Both the position numbers and the translations under genes were made by a program. The notes under the pieces were generated by a model. That model was not told the DNA's origin and made no database searches. It saw only the letters and a list, made by a program, of their open reading frames with translations. Shown here piece after piece: positions 10,325 to 20,905 of a DNA stretch of 64,000 nt (position 1 is its first letter; each line of letters opens with the position of its first letter). This stretch comes from Candidatus Omnitrophota bacterium (GTDB lineage: Bacteria > Omnitrophota > Gorgyraeia > Gygaellales > JBFMHM01): NCBI GenBank assembly GCA_040753015.1, contig JBFMHM010000002.1, positions 193,126-257,125 of the forward strand, given 5' to 3'.

Positions 10325-13222
10325 TTATTTTACGCTTGGACAAATTTGGTTATAGGCACAATATTTGCACGCCATAAAAGTAGGGTTTGCCTCAAAATCC
10401 CCCTCTCTTATTTTTATGGCGACTTCGTTAATTTTTTCTTTTGCTTCATCTATATCTTCACCGGTTTTTATATCAGAACCAATTAAGCCTGGTTCTAAAA
10501 AATGAAGCTCAACTCGTTTCGGCAATTTGCCAAAAATATTTTTATAGGCTAAACTATAAATTACAAGCTGTAAAGATTCTCTGGCTTTTTTATCAGCATC
10601 TTTTTGCGTTTTTACTTCTGATGATTTAAAATCAACAATTACAGCATCATCACCTTCTAAGTCTAGCCTATCCCACCTACCAGAAATACGATTATTTCCT
10701 AAGGCAAACGAAAAAGGTTTTTCGATAAATGCAGGAAGTTTTTGTGATGTTTTTTCATCATTAAAAAAGCGCTCAATAGCCAACTTCCCCGTTTTAAGGC
10801 GTTCCTCATAATGCTCTTTTGAAATAAACCCTTCACTCTCAAATAAACTCTCAAAAGTATTTAATAATTCTTCTCGGGATAAATTTTCACCCATTAATTT
10901 ATAAGAATAATATTTTTGTACTGCATCGTGCAAAGCCTTTCCATAAATAACTGCGTGGTGTTGCATAATTGGAATATGCAAAATATGTACATATTTATAT
11001 TTTAATGGACAAGTTGAGTAATCATCAATTTTGTAATAACTTAAATCTAAAACCTTATCATCTTTAATCCTTGTCTTCTTTAGTATGATTTTTTGTGGTT
11101 CTTTAAAACGCTCAATCATATCAATAGAAGTAGATTTTTTTGCCTTTGGCTCATCCTTAATCTCAAGTGCTTCATAAATGAATGGGCTTATCTTCCTAAC
11201 CGACTTTCCACCGCAATCAAAGCTCGAGGTAAAGTATAATTCTTTTTTTGCACGTGTCATTCCTACATAAAATAAACGCCTTTCCTCCTGTAAATGAAAC
11301 TCACCTTTTGTTTGTACATCTTTAATTAATTCCTCCGGCAATTCAAGCGTATTTTTCCTCTTTATAACAGGAAATTTTCCCTGTACCAAATCTACTAAAA
11401 ATACGGCATCAAACTCTAGCCCTTTTGCTTTATGTATTGTAAATATATTTACCGCCTGAATATCTAAATCTGCCTCGGCAGTCTCTGGATCACTACCTGC
11501 TTCAATTAATAAATCAAGATATTGCACAAAATAAAGTACTCTATCTTCTTTAGCAATATTCTCAAAATTTTGTACAAACTCAAAAAATTTTGCTAAGTTT
11601 TGAATTTTTACCTCATTCTCCAATGATTGAGTTTTTACTAGAGTTTTTAGGTATTTTGTTTCATCTAAAAAAGAATACAAAAGTCTACCTGTTGTAATCT
11701 CTATCGAGCGCTTTAAAAATTTATTAATATCACTTGTAAAATAACTTATTTTATCCCGCTTTTCATTTTCAATTACGCTATTTAATTCTTCAATAATTCC
11801 TAAATTTTCTAAAACATAAAACAGACTTCTATTTTGCCGTTTTGCATAATGCATACAACTGCTTAGAATTTTTATTGGTAATTGATAAATCGAACTAGTT
11901 GCTAAATAATATAGACTGAGTGAATCATCAATATCTGCCATAACCCTTAAGAAATTAATACAAAGGCGTATTTCTTCTTTTTGATATAGGCCGAAATTAC
12001 CGCTAAACCGCCAAGGAATATCTTGCATGTTTAGTGCGCGAATATAATTATCCGCGCTAGCATTAGACCTGACTAAAATTGCACAATCATTGTATTCGTA
12101 TTTTTTTTCTTTAACCCAGCCCTTAATTGTTTTTGCAACATAATCTGCTTCGGAAGAAATATTATCAAACTGCATATGAACTGGCGGATTGCCCTCTTTA
12201 TCAACTAGCGAAACTAAACGTTTATCAATATTGCTCTTTACTTCAAAACGTTCAGGATTATTATTTTGAATAAGTTTATAAGCAGCATCTAAAATTTTTT
12301 GGCTAGACCGATAATTTTGAACAAGGGAAATTTTTTGCGCATCTTTGTATTCTTCAATAAAATTAAACATATTACTATATGCAGCGCCGCGCCATCTATA
12401 GATGCACTGATCATCGTCACTGACGGTTGTGATATTCTTACTTTTGCCAGCTAAGAGCTTTATTAATTCAAATTGGGAAAGGTTAGTATCTTGGAATTCA
12501 TCGACTAAAATATACTTAAATTGTTCCTGGTACTTTTTTAAAACAAGTGGCCTTTTACGAAGAAGCTCTAAGGCTAAATAAAATTGATTTGCGAAATCTA
12601 ATTTTGATTCTTTTAAAAGAAGTTCTTGATATTTTTTATAACAGGCGGCGATCTCTTCTTGCGAAGATATTTTTTCTAAAACTTCACGGTCTTGGCTTTG
12701 TGCTTGTTTTAATCTTTCCACAAAATAAACATAATCATCTATGCTAATGTTTTCATCTTTTGCACGGCTAAACAGATCAAGGAGTGCCTCAATAAAACGC
12801 GTAGGATCAGATAATGGACGGTAAAATTTAAGATTAAACTCAAAAAGATGTTCACGGAAAAAAACAACCGCTTCTGGCCGGGTTAAGACTTGAAAATCCG
12901 GGCTTAAACCTAATTCTGTAGAATATTCTCTCAATATTTTGTCGCCCAAGGCATGAAAAGTTGAAATCCAAATATCCGTATAACCGTAAGGCACAAGCAT
13001 ATCAACTCTTTCTTGCATTTGGCGTGCTGCCTTATCAGTGAATGTAAGCGCCAATATTTCATTCGGCAAGGCGAGTTTTTGTTCAATCAACCAAGCAATT
13101 CTACGAGTAATTACGGTAGTTTTACCAGTTCCAGCACCAGCAATAATTAACAATGGGCCATTTTTATGGGTTACGGCTTTTATTTGTTCTTGATTCAAAT
13201 TTTCTAAAACATTATCCGGCAT
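10325..13222 (-). CDS. UvrD/PcrA-type SF1 helicase fused to a C-terminal PD-(D/E)xK (RecB/Cas4-like, Fe-S) nuclease domain; AddA-like
   Basis: Walker A GAGTGKT, motif II DEFQDT, a C-terminal nuclease with the IVDFKSS (D-x-K) motif, and a 4-Cys cluster (TCPLKY ... CKYCAYNQIC) as in AddB/Cas4 Fe-S nucleases. Confidence 0.8.
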   Translation of the reverse strand: MPDNVLENLNQEQIKAVTHKNGPLLIIAGAGTGKTTVITRRIAWLIEQKLALPNEILALTFTDKAARQMQERVDMLVPYGYTDIWISTFHALGDKILREYSTELGLSPDFQVLTRPEAVVFFREHLFEFNLKFYRPLSDPTRFIEALLDLFSRAKDENISIDDYVYFVERLKQAQSQDREVLEKISSQEEIAACYKKYQELLLKESKLDFANQFYLALELLRKRPLVLKKYQEQFKYILVDEFQDTNLSQFELIKLLAGKSKNITTVSDDDQCIYRWRGAAYSNMFNFIEEYKDAQKISLVQNYRSSQKILDAAYKLIQNNNPERFEVKSNIDKRLVSLVDKEGNPPVHMQFDNISSEADYVAKTIKGWVKEKKYEYNDCAILVRSNASADNYIRALNMQDIPWRFSGNFGLYQKEEIRLCINFLRVMADIDDSLSLYYLATSSIYQLPIKILSSCMHYAKRQNRSLFYVLENLGIIEELNSVIENEKRDKISYFTSDINKFLKRSIEITTGRLLYSFLDETKYLKTLVKTQSLENEVKIQNLAKFFEFVQNFENIAKEDRVLYFVQYLDLLIEAGSDPETAEADLDIQAVNIFTIHKAKGLEFDAVFLVDLVQGKFPVIKRKNTLELPEELIKDVQTKGEFHLQEERRLFYVGMTRAKKELYFTSSFDCGGKSVRKISPFIYEALEIKDEPKAKKSTSIDMIERFKEPQKIILKKTRIKDDKVLDLSYYKIDDYSTCPLKYKYVHILHIPIMQHHAVIYGKALHDAVQKYYSYKLMGENLSREELLNTFESLFESEGFISKEHYEERLKTGKLAIERFFNDEKTSQKLPAFIEKPFSFALGNNRISGRWDRLDLEGDDAVIVDFKSSEVKTQKDADKKARESLQLVIYSLAYKNIFGKLPKRVELHFLEPGLIGSDIKTGEDIDEAKEKINEVAIKIREGDFEANPTFMACKYCAYNQICPSVK

Positions 13223-13236
13223 ATTTTAATTATATC

Positions 13237-13264
13237 TTGACATTTTTACATTTTCAACTATACT
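13237..13264 (+). promoter_or_regulatory. sigma70-like promoter upstream of rpmB (TTGACA, 16-nt spacer, TATACT)
   Basis: TTGACA at 13237-13242 and TATACT at 13259-13264, followed by an AGGA RBS about 8 nt before the ATG at 13291. Confidence 0.4.
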
Positions 13265-13290
13265 TATAATTTATTAACCAAAGGAAAAAC

Positions 13291-13518
13291 ATGTCAAAAA
13301 GTTGCATATCTTGCGGAAAAACCTATCAAAAAGGTATGAATGTTAGCCGAAAAGGCCAATATAAAGCAAAAGGTGGTACTGGCAGTAAAATAAGCCGTAG
13401 GACAAAACGTTTCTTTTTACCAAATTTGCAACATATCAAAGCTGCAATAAACGGCGTAGTAAAGAAAGTTTATGTTTGCACCCGTTGCCTTAAAGCTAAC
13501 AAAATAAAAAAAGCCTGA
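13291..13518 (+). CDS. rpmB: 50S ribosomal protein L28
   Basis: 75 aa, MSKSCISCGK...VCTRCLKA; L28 size and the CxxC...CxxC zinc-ribbon pattern. Confidence 0.85.
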   Translation: MSKSCISCGKTYQKGMNVSRKGQYKAKGGTGSKISRRTKRFFLPNLQHIKAAINGVVKKVYVCTRCLKANKIKKA

Positions 13519-13520
13519 AT

Positions 13521-15191
13521 TCAACCCCTAAGATCTTCTAGATTCATCTGAATCTGTGGCCGACCGCCCCAATTATCTATAGATGGATAATAGGCTATAT
13601 CTATTTTTTTTGCCTCTGTTAACAAGCCTAATAAATCTTTTTTACCGAATCCCAAAACAGAGTAAGTGAACTTCCCATCAGTAACCCAGAATTTTAATGT
13701 ATCCCTGGCTAAAACAACCGGTTTTGCCTTTAACCGCAAACCATATGTCACAAACAGCGGCCTTGGATTTCCTGCGCCATATGGCGAAAAACTATCCAGC
13801 TCTTTAATCATCTTTTGATTTATATCCCCTAGATCAACCTCAGCATCAATATCAATTTGCGGTATTAAATCTGTATCTAATAACATATCTTTCGCAATGC
13901 GATTTATTGAATCTCGAAAATCGGAAATCTTTTCTCTTCTTATATCTAAACCCGCCGCATGAGCATGTCCGCCAAACCCTTCTAAATGATGGCTGCAGCC
14001 GTGCAAGGCATTCAACATATGAAATTTTTTAATCGAACGTGCGGACCCGCGACCTCTTAAATCATCTAAGGAAATAATTATTGTCGGCCGATAAAATCTC
14101 TCTGCAATACGCGATGCGATAATTCCTAAAACTCCTCTATGCCAGCCGTCTTTTGCAACAACAATTATTCTACGATCACAAAAATTAACCTCCTGTTCAA
14201 TAAGCATAAGTGCCTCTTCTAAAATTTTTGATTCAATTTTCTGGCGAGCCTGGTTATGCTTCTCTAATTCTTTAGCAATTTCTCTTGCTTGATCAGCATC
14301 ATCGGAAATTAAAAGCCTGAATGAAACTTCTGGAGAATCAATCCTCCCTGATGCATTAAGCCGCGGACCTATAATATAACTAATATAACCAGTGTTCATC
14401 TTATTTATATCGATGCGTGTTTCTTCAAACAACGCCTTAAGCCCTTCTTTTTGAGTTTCCCTTAAAAATTTAAGGCCTTCCTGCACAATAACTCTATTTT
14501 CTTCAATCAAAGGCATAACATCGCTTACCGTGCCTAAACAAACTAAATCCAGATACTCTTTTAATAGTTTATTTGTAAGAGCTTGGGCAAATTTAAATGT
14601 GACACCAACACCGGCTAGATAATCTAAATGTTTTTCTTTCAATTTCGGATTTACAATTGCAGCCGCATCTGGCAAGATCTTTAAAGGTGAGTGATGATCA
14701 ATAACAACAGTATCAATACCTGCATCCTTCAATGCTTTTATTTCATCAATATTACTTGTGCCGCAATCTAAGGTAATAACCAAATTAACATTTTTTTCTA
14801 TCGCAAATTTTACAATCTTTTTATTTAAACCATAACCATCATTGACTCGATGAGGTAAATAATGAATAACATTAAACCCTTCTTTTATGAGTAAAGACTT
14901 GAGCAAGACAACCGAAGTTATACCATCTACATCATAATCTCCAAATAAAAGTATAAGCTCGTTGCATCCTTTTGCCATTAAAACTCTCTCTACTGCCTCT
15001 TTCATACCAGCAATATCAAAAGGAGAGCTTAAATGAGAGAAATCGGATTTTAAAAATCTATTTATTTTTTCCGAAGAATCAATACCTCGATTTATCAAAA
15101 CTTGCGCGCTGATTAAAGATAAATTACATTGGAAAGCTAATTTCTTAGCTTTTTCTTGATTAGGATTTACAATATTCCATGTTTTTTGCAT
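13521..15191 (-). CDS. recJ: single-stranded-DNA-specific exonuclease RecJ
   Basis: DHH motifs (GDYDVDGITS, VIDHHS) and a DHHA1 domain; 556 aa. Confidence 0.9.
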   Translation of the reverse strand: MQKTWNIVNPNQEKAKKLAFQCNLSLISAQVLINRGIDSSEKINRFLKSDFSHLSSPFDIAGMKEAVERVLMAKGCNELILLFGDYDVDGITSVVLLKSLLIKEGFNVIHYLPHRVNDGYGLNKKIVKFAIEKNVNLVITLDCGTSNIDEIKALKDAGIDTVVIDHHSPLKILPDAAAIVNPKLKEKHLDYLAGVGVTFKFAQALTNKLLKEYLDLVCLGTVSDVMPLIEENRVIVQEGLKFLRETQKEGLKALFEETRIDINKMNTGYISYIIGPRLNASGRIDSPEVSFRLLISDDADQAREIAKELEKHNQARQKIESKILEEALMLIEQEVNFCDRRIIVVAKDGWHRGVLGIIASRIAERFYRPTIIISLDDLRGRGSARSIKKFHMLNALHGCSHHLEGFGGHAHAAGLDIRREKISDFRDSINRIAKDMLLDTDLIPQIDIDAEVDLGDINQKMIKELDSFSPYGAGNPRPLFVTYGLRLKAKPVVLARDTLKFWVTDGKFTYSVLGFGKKDLLGLLTEAKKIDIAYYPSIDNWGGRPQIQMNLEDLRG

Positions 15192-15205
15192 ATGCTAAAT
15201 AAAAA

Positions 15206-16882
15206 CTACATCTCTTCGGGAGCTGAGATATTTATCAACTTAAGTCCTGTATTTAGGACAGTTTTTGTTGCTAAGATTAAGGCAAGGCGCGCCTTGGTAA
15301 GCCCGGTATCATCAGTTAATACCTTATGCTGGTCATAAAAACGATGAAAGCTCGTTGCAAGATTTAATAAATAACCAGTTACAGGGTAAGGATCTAGAAT
15401 TTTTGTGCAAAAATCTAAAATATAAGGAAAATGAAATAAATTTTTTATGAGCAAAATTTCTTCTTCAGACTTTAATAAACTAAAATCAATTTGTTTTATA
15501 AATCTTTTATCAATTCTTAAATCTTGTGATTTTTTTAATATGCTTGCAATTCTTGCATGTGCATATTGTATATAATAAACAGGATTTTCGCTTGATTGTT
15601 TCTTAGCAAGCTCTAGGTCAAAATCTAGATGGCTTGAGACTCTTCTTGATATAAGAAAAAAATGTGAAACGTCTTTACCGACTTCATCTAATAGCTGCCG
15701 TAATGTTACATATTTGGCCTGGCGGGTTGACATTGAAACAATCTCGCCTTTATGTTTCAATGTAACAAGCTGAGCAATTAAAATAGATATGCTATCTTTA
15801 GATTTACCAAAAGCGCAAACGCTAGCAACAATCCTAGGAATATAACCATGATGATCAGGCCCCCAGATATTAATAAGCCAGTTAAAACCCCGTTTATATT
15901 TATCTTGGTGGTATGCGATATCAGGTGATAGATATGTTAAGCTACGATCACTTTTTACTAATACTCTATCTTTGTCATCACCAAAAGCACTAGATTTAAA
16001 CCATACTGCACCGTCTGAATCATAAACAAAACCTTTTTTCCTTAATTCTTTAAATGCTTTTTCAATCTTACCCGATTCTTCTAATCTTTTTTGGCTATAC
16101 CAATTATCAAATTTAATATCAAAATCTCTAAGGTCTTTTTTTATCATACCCATAATATAATCTAATCCAATTTGCATAAAATCTTCTGTCTTAGATACCT
16201 TGAGTTTATTTTCTATTATCATCCGCGCAATATCATATATATACTCACCTTGATAACCATTTTCTGGGAAAGTAACCGCCTCGCCTTTCAATTCTTTAAA
16301 CCGTAGTTCAATCGATAAACCAAGAATTTTCATTTGATTACCGAAATCATTAAGATAATATTCTTTCTTAATATTATACCCCAGAAATTCAAAAATATTG
16401 CTAAGACTGCTGCCAATAGCGGCTTGCCTTGCATGAGCTATAGAGAGTGGGCCGGTTGGATTTGCACTAACAAATTCTAATAAAATTTTTTTTGATTTAT
16501 TAATCTTGTTTGGACGGCCAAATTGATCTTTTGAAATAATAATTTCGCTTAAAATATCGCTTAAAAATCCTCTTGTCACGAAAAAATTTATAAAACCTGG
16601 CTGCGCTATTTCAATTTTTTCAATCTTCTTAGAAATAGCAGACAATTTTATCTTTTTCTCTAAATCATCTGCTATTTGACGCGCCAAAATCATAGGGGCT
16701 ATTTTTCTTACATGGCAAAATTGCATAGCAACATTTGAAGACAAATCCCCAAACTTTGAGTCTTTTGGTATCTCAAGACTTAAAGAAGCCGAATTAACTT
16801 CAATTTCTAAACTATCTAATGTCTTTTTTAATAATAAAATTAATAATTCTTTGAAATTATGACAGCTTAACTGTTTTTGCAT
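15206..16882 (-). CDS. argS: arginine--tRNA ligase
   Basis: Class I aaRS with SANPTGPLSIAHAR and a C-terminal DALR anticodon-binding domain ending ...EEM. Confidence 0.9.
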   Translation of the reverse strand: MQKQLSCHNFKELLILLLKKTLDSLEIEVNSASLSLEIPKDSKFGDLSSNVAMQFCHVRKIAPMILARQIADDLEKKIKLSAISKKIEKIEIAQPGFINFFVTRGFLSDILSEIIISKDQFGRPNKINKSKKILLEFVSANPTGPLSIAHARQAAIGSSLSNIFEFLGYNIKKEYYLNDFGNQMKILGLSIELRFKELKGEAVTFPENGYQGEYIYDIARMIIENKLKVSKTEDFMQIGLDYIMGMIKKDLRDFDIKFDNWYSQKRLEESGKIEKAFKELRKKGFVYDSDGAVWFKSSAFGDDKDRVLVKSDRSLTYLSPDIAYHQDKYKRGFNWLINIWGPDHHGYIPRIVASVCAFGKSKDSISILIAQLVTLKHKGEIVSMSTRQAKYVTLRQLLDEVGKDVSHFFLISRRVSSHLDFDLELAKKQSSENPVYYIQYAHARIASILKKSQDLRIDKRFIKQIDFSLLKSEEEILLIKNLFHFPYILDFCTKILDPYPVTGYLLNLATSFHRFYDQHKVLTDDTGLTKARLALILATKTVLNTGLKLINISAPEEM

Positions 16883-17177
16883 CAGACCAAAGCCTTTCTA
16901 AATCATAAAATTTTCTTGCCTCAGATGAAAAAATATGAACCATTATATCCATCGTATCAACGAGAAGCCAGCCGCTATCTTGCTTACCTTCTTGAGCCCT
17001 TACAGGAATATTATTTTTCTCCAATTCTTCAACTATTGAATCTGCTATTGCACGCAGCTGACGTCCAGACTCTCCTTCGACAATCACAAAATAGTCACAA
17101 AAATTAGAGATTTTTCTCATATCAAGAATTGCAGGATTCAAAGCTTTTTTATCCTTTGCTATACTTAATATAAACAT
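16857..17177 (-). CDS. rsfS: ribosomal silencing factor RsfS (Iojap)
   Basis: 106 aa; DYFVIVEGESGRQLRAIADSIVEELEK...MDIMVHIFSSEARKFYDLERLW. Confidence 0.85.
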   Translation of the reverse strand: MFILSIAKDKKALNPAILDMRKISNFCDYFVIVEGESGRQLRAIADSIVEELEKNNIPVRAQEGKQDSGWLLVDTMDIMVHIFSSEARKFYDLERLWSDAKTVKLS

Positions 17178-17223
17178 CGCCTTATGCTTAGAATCGGTTA
17201 ATTTTTTGATAGCTCGCTCCTTT

Positions 17224-18225
17224 TTAAAATTTTGATGTTTCTTCTATTTCACCAACAATCTCTTCAATTAAATCCTCTAAAGTGACCATACCACAGGTTT
17301 TATTATTTTTATCAACGACGGTTGCAATTTGAATTTTCATCCTTTGAAAATCACGAAGCAGCTCATTGACCCGTTTTTCTTGCGGAACAGAATATATTGT
17401 ATTAATTAAATCTGTAACATGAAACAACTCTTTATCTTGCAAGACATAGATTAGATCGCGAGAATGGATTACTCCTACAATATTCTCTCTTACTTGAGTA
17501 TAAACGGGAATACGCGAATAACCTTCTTCTGCGAATAATTTAATTAATTGACGGGAATCAGATTTTATATCGACGCAGATCATTTCTTCTAATGGCACCA
17601 TAACTTGAGATACCTTTGTATCGCCAAATTCAAAAATCCGATGCAGCATTTTTCTTTCTTCATCAGTCAACACTCCCTCTTCCTTACCAACTTCAATCAT
17701 TAAACGAAGCTCTTCTTCTGTAATTAGGCTAGAGCGATATGTTTGCGGCAGGCCAAAAAGCCTCAAAATAAAATTACTTATCCCTGTAAAAAATAAAATT
17801 AGCGGCCTCAGAATAAAAACAAATATTTCCATCACTGGCGAAACTGCCAAAGATACTTTTTCACTGTAACGAATAGCAAAGATCTTAGGCGTAATCTCAC
17901 AAAGTATAAGGATTACAAAAGCAACAACAATGGTCGATGTTATCACACCCACTTTTTCGCCAAAAAGTTTTATAAAAATAAATGTTGAAATTGCCGAAAT
18001 TGCAATGTTTACAAAATTATTTCCTACAAGTATTGCCGTCACTAATTTATCTGACTTCATAATTAATCTTTGGATGCTTTTTGAATGCTTAACTTGTTTA
18101 TCAATTAAATGGCGCATACGAATCTTACTTAGAGAAATAAGCGCGGTTTCCGATGCCGAGAGAAATGCCGATACAAGCATAAGCAATAAAATCAATAATA
18201 TTAAAGGCAATAAAATTGTTTCCAT
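17224..18225 (-). CDS. CNNM/DUF21 transmembrane + CBS-pair hemolysin-family (CorC/TlyC-like) protein
   Basis: N-terminal DUF21 TM region, then tandem CBS domains. Confidence 0.75.
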   Translation of the reverse strand: METILLPLILLILLLMLVSAFLSASETALISLSKIRMRHLIDKQVKHSKSIQRLIMKSDKLVTAILVGNNFVNIAISAISTFIFIKLFGEKVGVITSTIVVAFVILILCEITPKIFAIRYSEKVSLAVSPVMEIFVFILRPLILFFTGISNFILRLFGLPQTYRSSLITEEELRLMIEVGKEEGVLTDEERKMLHRIFEFGDTKVSQVMVPLEEMICVDIKSDSRQLIKLFAEEGYSRIPVYTQVRENIVGVIHSRDLIYVLQDKELFHVTDLINTIYSVPQEKRVNELLRDFQRMKIQIATVVDKNNKTCGMVTLEDLIEEIVGEIEETSKF

Positions 18226-19643
18226 TATCGTAAAACTGGTATTATTAGTTGTGCTATTTTAAAATAAATAATCAAGCCAACAACGTCAACAACACTTGTA
18301 GTAATAGGCCCGGCTAGAACTGCTGGATCAAGGCCAATTTTCTTAGAAAATAATGGCAGCGCAATACCAGTTAAAATTGCTAAAAGCACTACTGCTGTCA
18401 TTGTAAAACCAACAACTAAAGAAACTGATACATCTTGCTGCAACATTAAAGCGCGAATAAATGCAACTGAACCTACAATTACGCCCATAAATAATGCAGC
18501 CATAACTTCTAATCTCACAACTTTCCAGACATTTTTAAAATCTACGTCACCGGTTGCAAACCCGCGGATTATTGTAATTGCTGTTTGATTTCCGGCATTA
18601 CCACCAGTATCCAAAAGCATTGGAATAAAAAACGTCAAAGCAACTACTGAACTTAACGCATGTTCAAATGTTTTTAATACGGTTCCGGTTAAAAAATCAA
18701 AAGCAAGTAAAACTATAAGCCATCCAGCCCTACGTTTAATTAATTCTCTAACTGTTGTTGTTGCGTAACGAATCTCTTTACCTCCGGCGGCCTCCATCTT
18801 ACCAATTTCATAGATTTCTTTCGTTGACTCCGCCTGAATCAAATCAACAACATCATCAATTGTAATAATACCAATTAGTTGGCTTTGATCATTTACAACT
18901 GGCGCATCTAAAAGATCATATTTGCTAAATTGCCTAGCTACCTCTTTTTCTGGCATATTCATATTTATTTTAATTGATTCAACATCTTCGAATAGATCTT
19001 TAACTAACATATCAGGGGGCGCCATTATAAGTATCTGCAAACTCACACCTCCTAAAAGTTTATGCTCCTCGTCAGTAACAAATACAGAATAAATAGTTCT
19101 TTTAGCTGAATCTGCTTTTTGCTTTTCCTGAAGGACCAGGATTGCGCGGCGCGCAGTCATATCTTTTTTGAGTTCTACAAATTCTGTTGTCATAAGGCTT
19201 CCTGCTGTGCCCTTTTCGAAATTAAGCAAGATTCTCAAGTCATCAATTTCTTCTTTTTTCATTACAGAAAAAAGTTTTTTTGAAACCCTTTGAGGAAGCT
19301 CCTTAAAAAGGTTTGCCCGTTCATCAGAAGCCATATCGTTTAAGATTGGAGCAATCTCGGCATTTCCCAAATTATTTAGAAGAAACGATTGTTCTTTAAA
19401 ATTGAGGTCCTCAAATACCTCAATCGCCTTACGAATAGTCAAAAGCCTAAATAACAAAATTTTCTCTTGTGCTTCCAATTTATTCCAGTTTTCTGCGATA
19501 TCAATTGAATGGATTTTCTTAAGAATATCTTTTAACTGCAGAAAACTTTTATTTAAAAGCGCTTCTTTTATTTCCGGCAAAAATAAAGCAAAAGTATTTA
19601 TCCGGCCATTCCTATAAGTTTTGGTTTTTTCTAAGACAGGCAT
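18225..19643 (-). CDS. mgtE: magnesium transporter MgtE
   Basis: MgtE_N domain, CBS pair, and a C-terminal 5-TM MgtE channel domain (GNAGNQ). Confidence 0.85.
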   Translation of the reverse strand: MPVLEKTKTYRNGRINTFALFLPEIKEALLNKSFLQLKDILKKIHSIDIAENWNKLEAQEKILLFRLLTIRKAIEVFEDLNFKEQSFLLNNLGNAEIAPILNDMASDERANLFKELPQRVSKKLFSVMKKEEIDDLRILLNFEKGTAGSLMTTEFVELKKDMTARRAILVLQEKQKADSAKRTIYSVFVTDEEHKLLGGVSLQILIMAPPDMLVKDLFEDVESIKINMNMPEKEVARQFSKYDLLDAPVVNDQSQLIGIITIDDVVDLIQAESTKEIYEIGKMEAAGGKEIRYATTTVRELIKRRAGWLIVLLAFDFLTGTVLKTFEHALSSVVALTFFIPMLLDTGGNAGNQTAITIIRGFATGDVDFKNVWKVVRLEVMAALFMGVIVGSVAFIRALMLQQDVSVSLVVGFTMTAVVLLAILTGIALPLFSKKIGLDPAVLAGPITTSVVDVVGLIIYFKIAQLIIPVLR

Positions 19644-20905
19644 AATATTGATTGTTTAATTTTGTCTTCCTCGCTAACTTTCCCGATAAAACTCAAAGAT
19701 AGATTATCCTTTAAAAATACCGAATTTGCAAGCTCTCTTAAATTTTCGCGTTTAATCTTTGAAAGTTTAGCTATAATTTCTTTTAAAGTATATATTTTAT
19801 TTAAAGAGACAGTTTGTTCCCCAATCCAAAACATATTATCAAGCGTATCCTCTAACGACAAACTAAGCTGGCCAATAAAAAAATCTTTTGCCCGCTTAAA
19901 TTCATCGTCGGTTACTAAATCTTTTTTAATTCTATTTAGTTCTTCCAAAATTACCCTTACAGCATCGACTGTTTTGTTGTTATCAATTCCAGCGTGAACA
20001 ATGAATGCCCCGCTATCTCTAAATTTTCTAACTTGAGTGCCAATTTCATAGGCAAGGCCGCGTTTTTCTCTTACCTCGTTAAATAAACGGCTAGACATAT
20101 TTGCCCCTAAGATTATATGTAAAAGTGAAGCAATAAATTTCCTTTGGTCACAATTTGACACGGAATGAAAACCAATTGCTAAATGCCCTTGCGCAGTATC
20201 TTTGTTTAAAATGTTAAAAACCGGCGCTTTTTGTGAATTTTTAAATTCTAAAAAAGTATTCTTAGTAGATTTTTTAAAATTGCCAAAAATATCTTCAATT
20301 TTATTTACTAATTCTTTATGCTTAATTTTACCGCTTGCAGAAATTATTAAATTTGATGGAGTATAAAATGTATCTATGAAATTTTTAAGATCGCCTGAAT
20401 TTATTTTGCTTACAGTTTCAAATGTACCAGCTAAATTAAACCCTAGAGGGTGCTTTGGCCAGATAAGCTCATCCAAAAGCTCATGAACATAGGCTTGGGG
20501 CAGGTCGCGGTACATCTTTATTTCTTCTAAAATCACAAATCTTTCTTTATCAACTTCCTCTTGCTTTAAGCTTGGGCAAGTTACCATCTCGCTTAAAACA
20601 TTCAAAGCAATTTTTAAAAATTTGGAGGGAATTTTGATAAAATAGCAAGTATGCTCTTGGGCTGTCATTGCATTAAGCGCCCCTCCTACACCTTCAATTG
20701 ACTCTTTAATTTTATTACAAGAATAACTTTTTGTGCCCTTAAATACTAGGTGTTCTAAAAAATGCGCAATGCCATTATTATCTTTATTTTCATAACGGCC
20801 GCCGGCTTTAATCCAAATCCCAAGCGATACAGAATCACGCTTTGGCAGGCTATGCGTAACAACAGTTAAACCATTTTTTAAAATTGTTTTTTGATAATCC
20901 ATCAA
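19631..20905 (-). CDS. M16 family zinc peptidase (pitrilysin/insulinase-like)
   Basis: Inverted zinc motif HFLEHLVFKGT (HxxEH); 424 aa. Confidence 0.8.
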   Translation of the reverse strand: MMDYQKTILKNGLTVVTHSLPKRDSVSLGIWIKAGGRYENKDNNGIAHFLEHLVFKGTKSYSCNKIKESIEGVGGALNAMTAQEHTCYFIKIPSKFLKIALNVLSEMVTCPSLKQEEVDKERFVILEEIKMYRDLPQAYVHELLDELIWPKHPLGFNLAGTFETVSKINSGDLKNFIDTFYTPSNLIISASGKIKHKELVNKIEDIFGNFKKSTKNTFLEFKNSQKAPVFNILNKDTAQGHLAIGFHSVSNCDQRKFIASLLHIILGANMSSRLFNEVREKRGLAYEIGTQVRKFRDSGAFIVHAGIDNNKTVDAVRVILEELNRIKKDLVTDDEFKRAKDFFIGQLSLSLEDTLDNMFWIGEQTVSLNKIYTLKEIIAKLSKIKRENLRELANSVFLKDNLSLSFIGKVSEEDKIKQSILCLS

